Shown: positions 18,001 through 25,400 of the stretch, piece after piece
Position numbering within the stretch: position 1 is the stretch's first letter
Layout: every line of letters starts with the position of its first letter
Source: Candidatus Campbellbacteria bacterium GW2011_OD1_34_28
GTDB lineage: Bacteria > Patescibacteriota > Minisyncoccia > Phycocordibacterales > UBA12079
DNA length: 64,000 nucleotides
Direction: 5' to 3'
Assembly (NCBI GenBank): GCA_001029775.1
Contig: CP011215.1
Coordinates: forward strand, 32,148-96,147
Translations under genes and position numbers: made by a program
The notes under the pieces: generated by a model
Database searches by the model: none
What the model saw: the letters and a program-made list of their open reading frames with translations, nothing else
What the model was told of the DNA's origin: nothing

Positions 18001-18541
18001 CTTCGTCATAAACTCCTCGCAAAGACGACGAACCAGAGACAATTTTGTTTTTTAATCCATCTAAATAATCTAAAAAGTCTTGTGTATATGTATCTACTGT
18101 TTTTACATTTTTACTGTCTTTTATTTCTTTGATGGGAGAATTGTCATTGCTATCAAGAATTTGTGTTTTGAACAAATCTCTTTTTTCTGCACCAACTTTG
18201 TATGTTATTTCTTTTGTGTTTTTTACCGCAGAAAAAACAGCCTCCCCTGTTTTGTTGAGTTGGTTTAATATGTCTCCTGAAAAGTAACCTGCTCCGATTA
18301 AGAGAATCGCTAAAACAGCCGTTGACAATGCTCTCACTGGCAAAATCATCGGCTTGTTTGTTTTGTTTTTATATTCAAAAAGTTTTTCTAATTCAACAAA
18401 ATATTCCCCTTCTACCTTTGTAAAATCTATCTTTTCTTCACGGCACAGGTCTTTAATATGTTCTTCATCCAATTCTATGATTTTTGTCGCTTTTTTTGTT
18501 GAAAGATACCTTTTGCCATTTAAAAATATCTCACTTTGCAT
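12077..18541 (-). CDS. Giant surface protein 2 (about 2150 aa). N-terminal HTH-like cytoplasmic segment plus TM anchor, block shared with giant 1, repeat arrays, embedded SGNH/GDSL esterase domain, tail-fibre NTA-GY repeats, Peptidase S74 intramolecular chaperone domain, coiled coil, DUF5011 Ig domain.
   Basis: Track ORF is 12077..18589; the preferred start is MQSEIFLNGKRYLS (18541). TM segment LSTAVLAILLIGAGYF. A 110-aa block (ADSGQLTTNSTNEDEISRGL...NAQITNTYQVISATN) is nearly identical to giant 1. The SGNH motifs are AIGDSLT, GGNTT, GINDI and DYLHLT. The C-terminal 230 aa are nearly identical to giant 1. Confidence 0.8.
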   Translation of the reverse strand: MQSEIFLNGKRYLSTKKATKIIELDEEHIKDLCREEKIDFTKVEGEYFVELEKLFEYKNKTNKPMILPVRALSTAVLAILLIGAGYFSGDILNQLNKTGEAVFSAVKNTKEITYKVGAEKRDLFKTQILDSNDNSPIKEIKDSKNVKTVDTYTQDFLDYLDGLKNKIVSGSSSLRGVYDEAIQKTDDMDLPAGEAGRFTSFAKTGVNNLALAVYETASPVEQFAIVWYKFVNNLFSNEADSLQPTADSVDEADSGQLTTNSTNEDEISRGLSSESEADRGEISENVPSVPATPKTTTIVTNPIREIIKEVVVERVIQTSGITLEDLQKLNNELRSEIYKLSSNTNAQITNTYQVISATNNIDNLGSVTITDSNISSSNVSGTELSFTNGTIQNLTVTGTATSTYGGPISATSGTYSGNLTVTGNTTLNTLTVSGDTIFDTDTLYIDSINNRVGIGSTTPSDTLSVNGATYLAPISAPSITTDRLYNISNDLYWGGNLLSGSAVGNWTSNGTDVWRASGNVGIGTTSPFRKLSVEGNAWISGDLTANSITATSSISAPYFTATSATATSTFAGGLAVGTNKFVVDYSTGNVGVGTESPGAKFDVNGDISLNKVNILQTHQVYAIGDSLTNYGSALADLLGALWNVNSKGVGGNTTTQMAARFSGDVVVDDAEYVIILGGINDIAANASAATIESNLQAMYTAANANGSKVVAVTITPFKTSTSWTEARQVVLEDVNNWILNMASDVDYRIDAYSALEDPTNPDTLLASYALADYLHLTPTGYIALANSIYIGTTWIKNETVRNLSISGGNVSLSQSLRTTDSPQFSGLVVNGLTSNINLATPVVGLGTINPQRTLDIRGSDLVLGSNDQYAGNMLVMSTDTNAINKGGSIGLGGVYSGSTGFWTFGSIKGAKENSTGGNAQGYLSFWTTSSSANTFERARINSSGYLGINTTAPASFLDINPVTTLTSSGVTGITLRDHLVTLSGSDPTTYDTIYGTKLGNMQLYSTTANQVVTEAASLVTAWPWKSTSANVSITNAYSILVPTKPVSTSQAVVTNAYGLLVNASTGAINNYAGVFLGGNVGIGTTSPFAKLSVVGDVVADYFNATSTTATSTFAGGFAVGTNKLVVDRSTGNVGIGTASPTAKLEVSNGFKVNSSGGVNVSMINGSASGWKSIALGESSSATGEGSIVVGSGIASGQYSSVFGKGGATAAGQYSVVLGGTAKASATKSITIGFGYSGSGGGSLNNNIANSVLIGTNDGVQDFISFFAGPSGYTGIGTMTPSAKLDIYQGNLNLDNTTNTNQYGVISKNGTSFIHNFNYGNNGTVTTTGQNTFVGEEAGNLTMGSTATSASHGSYNTATGYRALYANTLGYFNTANGVNALFTNNTGYGNTASGIFTLYLNTTGYRNTAYGGSSMYNNNTGYHNTAIGYSSLQSNTSGYHNTASGYESLFSNTSGRYNTASGYTSLYANSTGMYNTAVGYSSLYANSTGHYNIAFGYNAGRYIANGSTGNTTGDYNTFLGYNTKALADNDQNEIVIGYDATGVGSNSVVLGNDSITTTALKGNVGIGTTSPFRKLSVEGSAWISGDLTVNSLTATSSISATAFNSTDTTNGGYSIGGSKILFASSTSRSVSVGIGAGNALLSGALNNTALGYEALYLATTSSSNTAVGYQALKANTTGYYNTAVGAGALDVNTTGIYNTAVGGLSMGANTTGSYNMAAGFSLTNNTTGNYNSALGYDSLSLNTTGTYNTSIGSESLRSNRTGSSNVAIGTQANRYNGSATSTVAIGYQAGQGVSTVSYNQGGVIIGYRSGVNLTTGDNNILLGYQAGETLTTGDNNIVIGYNIDSPTATSNNTMTIGNLIFGTGIDGNGTTISTGNIGIGSTTPNYKLTVDGTVAFQSLANNGTGYYVCANAGTGELATSTTACGASSERFKTNINDLTYGLDTVLQLRPVSFNWKSDFINSSSTQIGFIAEEVDLLIPEVIGHDDKGTIMNLDYPKLTSVLVNAIKEIWNKTQELIAKVSGLENRLNELEARLNALEGVDNTNTANSQQPTAEPSNTTPPTITITGNNPAVVEINSNYIDLGATAVDYQGNSLIVDTIDADTVDTTTAGEYTVTYTAFDGTLTSTSTRIVLVEEAIVDSLDSVATTTEPVVDSQ
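17925..18045. repeat. GC-rich repeat element, copy 3, embedded in-frame inside giant gene 2
   Basis: cttcgcgaacgaagtgaagcgacctgcctcgccggcaggcaggtc...ggattgcttcg...tcgcaaagacgacgaa shares the gacctgcc..ggcaggtc hairpin and family words with copy 4. It is translated as ...DDMDLPAGEAGRFTSFAKTG... with no stop. Confidence 0.55.
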
Positions 18542-18639
18542 ATTTATCTTTAGCCAAATTATACCAATAATTAAGGCTAATTTAAACAAAAAAGGGTGCG
18601 TAAGTGTTGATAAATAAATTGAAGCTTATAGCTCTATAG

Positions 18640-18895
18640 CACAGACGAAAACGAAGCTGACAGCGGACAGTCAATAGCTAACAGCACGGATGATGTGGAT
18701 TGCTTCGCTACGCTCGCAATGACGACGAAGGTGACGGAATTTCGTTTTGCGAAATTCCGTCTTCGCGAGGAGTGAAGCGACCTGCCTCGCCGACAGGCAG
18801 GTCGTTTCACCTTCGGTTCGCAAAGACGGACAAAGGCGGGAAATTTGCTTCGCAAATTTCCCGCCTAAATTCTAATTTCTAATTTCTAAATTCTC
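18640..18895. repeat. GC-rich hairpin-dense intergenic repeat element, copy 4
   Basis: Hairpins gacggaatttcg-tttt-gcgaaattccgtc and gacctgcct-cgccgac-aggcaggtc, the 12-bp stem ggcgggaaattt..aaatttcccgcc, the words ggattgcttcgc, cttcgcgagg and tcgcaaagacgg, and a tail ctaattt x3. Confidence 0.6.
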
Positions 18896-18899
18896 GTCT

Positions 18900-19874
18900 T
18901 TATTTATATAGCTCTGTCAATTTTTTAACCAAAAAATCTGACAAAGACTTTAAAGATTCATCGTCATAAACAGAAACAGAGACAACATCTTCACAATATT
19001 TTCTCAATTTTTCTTCCGCCTTTTTTGTTGTCTTGCTGTCAACCAAATCAGTCTTTGTCAAAATAATAATCTCGGATTTTTCAGCCAATTCTGGATCAAA
19101 TTTTTTCAATTCATTTTTAATTGTTTTATATGCTTTTACAACATCTTCATTTTCAAGAGAAATACAGTGCAAAAGAAGTTTTGTCCTTTTTATATGTCTT
19201 AAAAACTTGTGTCCCAAACCTTTTCCCTCTGATGCCCCTTCTATAAGCCCCGGAATATCCGCCAAAATATATTTGTACAATTCTCCCAAATTTGGTTCCA
19301 ATGTTGTAAAAGGATAAGCTCCCACTTTTGCATTTGCACGAGTTAATTCGTTAAGCAAAGAAGATTTTCCAGCACTTGGCAAACCGATAAGACCAGCGTC
19401 CGCAATCAATTCTAGCTCAATAAAAAATTCTGCGTCTTCGCCTTTTTTCCCCTCCGTAGATTCTACTGGGCTAGTATTTTTTGAACCCTTAAAATTTTCA
19501 TTTCCCAAACCGCCGTGACCTCCTTTCAAAACCAAAATATTCTCTCCCTCCTTAATCAATTCAAATTTTTCATCAGTTATCAAATTTTTTACAATAGAAC
19601 CAATAGGCAAATCAATAAACAAATCATCACCATTTTTTCCATGCATACTATTTTTCTCTCCATTTCCTCCGTTTTCCGCAGTAAACTTTTTATTTTTTGT
19701 GTAACGAGAAAGAACCTCTATATCTCTAATTGCACGAATATAGACATCGGCACCTTTTCCGCCATTGCCCCCAGCAGGACCCATAAGAGGTTTGTATTTT
19801 TCTCTTCTCCATCTAACAACACCGTCTCCCCCTTTTCCGGCTCTGGCATAAATTTTTAGTTCATCTATTAACAT
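18900..19874 (-). CDS. obg: GTPase Obg/CgtA
   Basis: The Obg fold Gly-rich N-domain (KIYARAGKGGDGVVRWRREKY...GGNGGKGADVYI) followed by a G-domain with GLPSAGKSSLLN, DIPGLIEGA and LTKTDL. The start is chosen at MLIDELKIY (19874); the track ORF extends 12 codons further. Confidence 0.85.
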   Translation of the reverse strand: MLIDELKIYARAGKGGDGVVRWRREKYKPLMGPAGGNGGKGADVYIRAIRDIEVLSRYTKNKKFTAENGGNGEKNSMHGKNGDDLFIDLPIGSIVKNLITDEKFELIKEGENILVLKGGHGGLGNENFKGSKNTSPVESTEGKKGEDAEFFIELELIADAGLIGLPSAGKSSLLNELTRANAKVGAYPFTTLEPNLGELYKYILADIPGLIEGASEGKGLGHKFLRHIKRTKLLLHCISLENEDVVKAYKTIKNELKKFDPELAEKSEIIILTKTDLVDSKTTKKAEEKLRKYCEDVVSVSVYDDESLKSLSDFLVKKLTELYK

Positions 19875-19918
19875 AAGAGACAGTATATATGTAGCAAAAA
19901 TAAAGAGCAACTTTTATT

Positions 19919-21118
19919 TTATTTATATTTAAGAGCAGTCAAAGGATTAAGCCTTGATGCTTTTATAGAAGGGTAAACTCCTGTGAGCAATCCGATTATT
20001 GTTGAAAAGACAATAATGAAGACAACAAACCAAACTGGTTGATAAAACAGGTCCAATGCCCTTCCACCAAAAGTTTTAGCCAAAATATTGACACCCAAGT
20101 TTGCAATTTCTCCTCCCAAATATCCGACAATAAGACCTCCCAAACCTCCCAAAAAACCCATCAAAATAGATTCAAACAAAAAGAGTTGAACAATATCTTT
20201 TCTTGTTATTCCAATAGCTCTCATAATACCGATTTCATTAATACGCTCCAACAAAGCGATTGTCATTGTGTTAAACATTCCAATAGCAGAAACAAGCAAA
20301 GCGATCAAACCAAACAAGGCCAAGATAATTTGGACTATTTTAAATATTTTATTTGCCTGATCAATAGTATCTGACAAAGATGAAACCAAAAATCCTCTTT
20401 CTATAATACTACTCCTGATACTCTCTATGCTTTCGTTATTTATAGACTTGACCTTCAAAAAATCATATTCAGTCAAACCAAGATCACTTATTGTTTTTTC
20501 AGGAATATAAATAAAATTTGTATCCTGACTCTCTACGACACCAACCACTTTGTATGAATCTTCCCTCTTGAATATTTGATCTTCAAAAGAACCATCTTCT
20601 GTTTCTTTTGAGACGAAGATTGTTAAAAATACTTCTCTTCCTATGATTTCTTGCGGTGTCATATCAAAAAGCTGTGCGCCTGCCGAAGAAATTACGACAC
20701 TGTGCTCATTTTCATCTTCAAAAAATTTCCCTTTCATAGGAAGGATTCCGTCCAGACGAAAAAAAGATGGCGTAACAGAATATACAAGTCCGTCTCCTGT
20801 GAATTCACCTATTGTGATGTGTGCAGATAGATTTACAACAGGACTTACTTCTACTACTCCTGTAATAGATCTGATCTCTTCCAGATCTCTTTGTGTTATT
20901 GTTATCAGATCAGTTGATCCCGCAGAAACATCCAAGCTCAAAAGAGAATCTACTGTCGTAATTTGACCCAAAATTACATTTTGAATACCATAACCCAAGG
21001 ACACAAGAAACAACACGGCTCCAATACCGACGCTTACTCCGAGTATGGTAAGAAATGTTCTAAGAGGTCTAGTCTTGAACATTCTTGTTGATAGTGAAAA
21101 TGTATCAATAATTCTCAT
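19919..21118 (-). CDS. ABC transporter permease, FtsX-like (MacB/LolCE family)
   Basis: 399 aa. N-terminal TM, large periplasmic domain, then three C-terminal TM segments containing the FtsX signature region GIMRAIGITRKDIVQLFLFESILMG. Confidence 0.75.
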   Translation of the reverse strand: MRIIDTFSLSTRMFKTRPLRTFLTILGVSVGIGAVLFLVSLGYGIQNVILGQITTVDSLLSLDVSAGSTDLITITQRDLEEIRSITGVVEVSPVVNLSAHITIGEFTGDGLVYSVTPSFFRLDGILPMKGKFFEDENEHSVVISSAGAQLFDMTPQEIIGREVFLTIFVSKETEDGSFEDQIFKREDSYKVVGVVESQDTNFIYIPEKTISDLGLTEYDFLKVKSINNESIESIRSSIIERGFLVSSLSDTIDQANKIFKIVQIILALFGLIALLVSAIGMFNTMTIALLERINEIGIMRAIGITRKDIVQLFLFESILMGFLGGLGGLIVGYLGGEIANLGVNILAKTFGGRALDLFYQPVWFVVFIIVFSTIIGLLTGVYPSIKASRLNPLTALKYK

Positions 21119-21124
21119 AATTTG

Positions 21125-22471
21125 TTAATTCTTGTATTTACCCAAAATTAATAATTCAAATCCTCTAGTCATTTTTTTAGCAGTTCTACTATCCAAACCA
21201 AGTCCTGATTCTTTAATAGGCAAGTCTAATATTTTCTTAAACATTTTAGAGTCGATCTTGTTATCAAGTCTGTCTTTTATAGCATTGTCTAATATTGTCA
21301 ATTGTTGTGATATTTGCAAATCAACGCTAAATGTCTCCAACAAATATTGTCTAATTTGAACCACCTCTTCCAATTCATCAAAGTTTTTATCTTTATTTTT
21401 TTGATCTTCAAGATCTCTAATATTTTTTATTTCATTGATTAAATCAAAAATCTTGTCTGCTATTTTTCTTGCATTTCTCTTATCCATTCCAAGTCCTCCA
21501 TCTTCAACTTCTTTATCCAAATAGTCATAAAAGTTCATCTCGCCTTCTCTTATACCATATTCTAACAACTCTCTGACCTTGGCTTCTATTTTTGAAACAT
21601 CGTCTGCTGTCATACCGATGAGAGCTTCTGTAACAATCTCTTTTGATTTGAAAGGAATAATACTGTTGATTGAATCTAAAATCGAAGGGAACGATCTGGA
21701 CAACAATTCTAATTCTCTAGAAACTGAAATCTGAGGTTTTTGTTCAATTGTTGAGACAACCTTGTCGTTTATTGCTCGGTTTACTTTTGTCTGAATTAAC
21801 ACCCCGTCTTTAATGTGAAAAACTCTGTGGGCATAATCCAAATAAGAAGCGTCGTGAGTAACCAGAATAATTGTCTTCTTTTGTTCATCATTAAGTTGTC
21901 TCAAAAGAGACATAACGTCCGCTGCCGATTTTGAATCGAGGTTACCTACGGGTTCATCCGCCATCAAAATATCTGGATCATTTATTAGAGATCTACAAAC
22001 AGCGACTCTTTGTTGTTGTCCTCCAGAAAGCTCGTTTGGCAATTTGTGAGACTGCAAGCCAACCCCAAATTTGTCTAACAAGTTTTGAGCCTTTTCTTCT
22101 CTCTCTTTAATCTTTGCACCAATGGCAATCTGTGGTAACACAACATTTTTAATAACACTAAGAGAAGCAATCAGATAATATGCCTGAAAAATCATTCCTA
22201 TTTTCTTTTGGTGGAGAGTTTCTATCTCTGATTGTTTAAGTCCGTTCAGTTTTTTATTATCAATATAAACATTTCCCTCGATGTCTGTTTCCAAACCAGA
22301 GATAGAATAAAGCAATGTTGATTTTCCACAACCAGACGGACCAAAGAAAATTATAAATTCTCCTGGAAAAATTTCGAGTGAAATATTTTTCAGTACTTTT
22401 GCTTCATTAGTTTTACCCAAATTATAGGTAACATTTAAATTTTCTACTTTTACAATAGGGTCAATGGACAT
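21125..22471 (-). CDS. ABC transporter ATP-binding protein (MacB/LolD type) with an unusual C-terminal extension of about 220 aa
   Basis: Walker A GPSGCGKST, signature LSGGQQQRVAVCRSL, Walker B ILMADEPVGNLD, H-loop VTHD. The extension has two copies of a motif: EDGGLGMDKRNARKIADKIFDL and KESGLGLDSRTAKKMTRGFELL. Confidence 0.8.
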   Translation of the reverse strand: MSIDPIVKVENLNVTYNLGKTNEAKVLKNISLEIFPGEFIIFFGPSGCGKSTLLYSISGLETDIEGNVYIDNKKLNGLKQSEIETLHQKKIGMIFQAYYLIASLSVIKNVVLPQIAIGAKIKEREEKAQNLLDKFGVGLQSHKLPNELSGGQQQRVAVCRSLINDPDILMADEPVGNLDSKSAADVMSLLRQLNDEQKKTIILVTHDASYLDYAHRVFHIKDGVLIQTKVNRAINDKVVSTIEQKPQISVSRELELLSRSFPSILDSINSIIPFKSKEIVTEALIGMTADDVSKIEAKVRELLEYGIREGEMNFYDYLDKEVEDGGLGMDKRNARKIADKIFDLINEIKNIRDLEDQKNKDKNFDELEEVVQIRQYLLETFSVDLQISQQLTILDNAIKDRLDNKIDSKMFKKILDLPIKESGLGLDSRTAKKMTRGFELLILGKYKN

Positions 22472-22495
22472 AATTAAAATTATTTTATTTAGCTT

Positions 22496-25400
22496 TTATC
22501 TACCGCGAATATCTCCAACCCAACCAAATATATCTTCAACATTTGACATAATTACCTGGAATACAGACTCTCTGTGTCTAGGAGTAAGGATTGTATAAAC
22601 TTTTGACAAACTTACATTTCCTCCAGAGTCGGTGCTTTCTACCCTAAAGCTGTAAACTGTTCCTAGATCAAACGAAGTAATTACAACCACGTGTTTCTTC
22701 GTATATGTGCTGTCTAATTTTGTCATATTGGCTAGTGGTTTGTCCATACCAATAATTCCTTTTTGGTAATAAACTTGACTTGTTGAAGGTTCGTTAGTTA
22801 ACCAAGTGATGATGCTTTGAATTTTACTTTCTTTACCTGTAGAAATAGCTGAATCTGTCTTTACGGAATAAATCAAAGGAGGGAGGTCATCTTCTGATGT
22901 AGAAAAAGTAGGAATCTTTTTGCTTGTGATAGAACCGTCTACACCCTTGCTGGTCAATTCAACATCATAAAATACTCCTGCTTCCAAATTGTCCAATTCA
23001 ATTTCGTGAATAAAACTATTTCTTTTATCCGAAATTGTTGTTGTTTCCTCGATAGAAAGAGTATTATTTCTGTACGGTGTATATCGAACAGTTCCATCTG
23101 CCTCTACGTTTGTAACCCACTGAAAGACAACTGATTCGTTTGAATTTTTCTTTATTGTATAAGAAGAAATTTCCAATTCTTCAGATCTTGTTTTGAAAGT
23201 AAAGTCAGGAGAGTACCCGATTGTTCCTACAGAGGCTTTGCTTCTTACTTGATAATGATAATTCGTCTCTGGTTCCAAATCATAAATCATTACTGTGTGA
23301 TCTGTTGTGCTTGTAGAATTTCCACCTATTACCTGTACATATCCCATCTCATCAGAATTTGTTCCTTTGAAATCTTTTTCCTGAGCAATCGCAACAAAAG
23401 AACCCGCTGGCTTGTCAGTTCTCCAAGAGATGGTTGCTGTCTTGGCTGTTGTCACAACCTTTGGTTCTCCGCTCATAAGAGGTGCAGAGATTCTTGTAGA
23501 CAAATATTCCAAATTAGTAAACTGTTCTGAAACTGTTGTCTCCAAAGTTCCAAGAGAAACTTGAGAAGAAATCTTGAGAGCCAATCCCATTGCCTGTCGC
23601 ACAGTAGAAACAAACAATTCATCCAATTCTTCTGCTGTCATTGTCTTTGACAAAGAGTCATCGCCTTCATTATTTTTTTCCAACTGATCAACAAACGATA
23701 TTGTCTCAAAACTCTTCTCTGGAGAACGATAAACATTTCCGAAAGAATCATTTCCTGCAACCTTAAAGAAATATGTTTTTTCTGGAAGAAGATAATTCAA
23801 ATTTACTTCGTGAATATTACCCATGCTGAGACTTCCTATCGTCGTTCCATAACTATTTGTCAAACCGTACTCGACAAAACCATTAGCGCTTTCATCAGTT
23901 TTCCATCTAATTTTTGCCGAAGTATCTGTTATATTCAAAATTTCTATATCTGAAAATCCTGGAGCCGTAACATCTGCATCACTTTGTCTTCTACTTACAG
24001 CGGCGCCCTGTCTAGCTGCCAATTCTCTTGCCAAAACTTCCGACTCTAAAGAAAGTTCTTCTAGGGTTGTAAAATCTGCTTCATCAGAAACAACACTGTT
24101 TCCATTAGCATCTGAGGAATAAACCCTGTAATAATATTTTGTGCTGGTTGCTAAGTTGATAAGGGCAACTGTGTGATCACGGTTATAATTGACCGCCAAA
24201 GAAGTACTTGTCGCATAATCGCTTATGTCATTACCACTTTCTGGACCAAAATAAACTCTCGCATTTGCATCTTCGTCAGTCGTCCACTGAATAATAGCAG
24301 TCGTATCTGAAATAGAAGAACTATCCGGACCTGTTGTTATAGTCGGAGAGGTTGTATCATTGTTTGTTGTAAAACTATAATAATCTCCAGAAAAATTGTC
24401 TAATGCAATATTACCTTCAGCATCAACAGACTTAACATAGAAATAATAGGTTGTTGCCTGATCCAACCCTGTAATATCTGCAGAGTGCGCAGTTGTAAGA
24501 TTAACTGAACCTTGAAATTCTGAGGAAACACTAAGATCGGGGTTAAGAGAATAAACAACAGCAGTATCAGCAAGAATGTCAGTATTCCAAACTATTGTTA
24601 CCATATTATTATCTACATGAGAAACAAGAACATCAGAAATCACCGCTCCTGGATTTGTTGTAAATGTATATCCTGGACCATCGTTATCGTCAGTATCTGA
24701 ATTTCCTGACAAGTCGGAAGACATTGCTTGGAAATAATATGTTGTATCTGGTGTTAACCCAGTAAGAAAAATTTGGTGCTGTCCGATACCGCTTTCTGAA
24801 TCTGCCATGGTTGAAACACCGACTTCGCCAGAAAATTGATATGGGATTGTTGAATAACCCACAGTTGAACGAGATACCTCGTCAGTATCCCAAGTTACCA
24901 CTGCACTCTGTGTTGTAACTGATCCAACAGAAACATTAGAAATGGTCGGAGGAACATTGTCTCCACCTCCCTGTCCATCAGCGAGTTCGCTCACTTCACT
25001 TGAATAATATGATGATGTACCGTAAGTGTCTTCTGTTGAAATCTTGTAATAATAAGTTGTGGATGTTGCAATTCCGCTATGTACATAATAGTTTGTTGTA
25101 CGAACATTTACTCTATCTAACAAAGAATAGTCGGTTCCGTTTGTAGAAGACCAAATATTGTATCTTCTGAAATTTGTGATATTTGTCGTCGCAGGTTTCC
25201 ATGCCAAAAACATATAGTAACTTCCTGTTACATAGTTTGCGACATCATACGCTTGTAAATTCAAAGCTGTTTCCATTGTCTCAACAGATGCACTAACAGT
25301 ATTTCCCAAAGCATCTCTAAATTGAACATAGGCAATGTCAGGGTCAGTCTCGAGAGTAATTGTGGAAGAACTTTGGTAAGCTTCCCAAGCACCATCGCTA

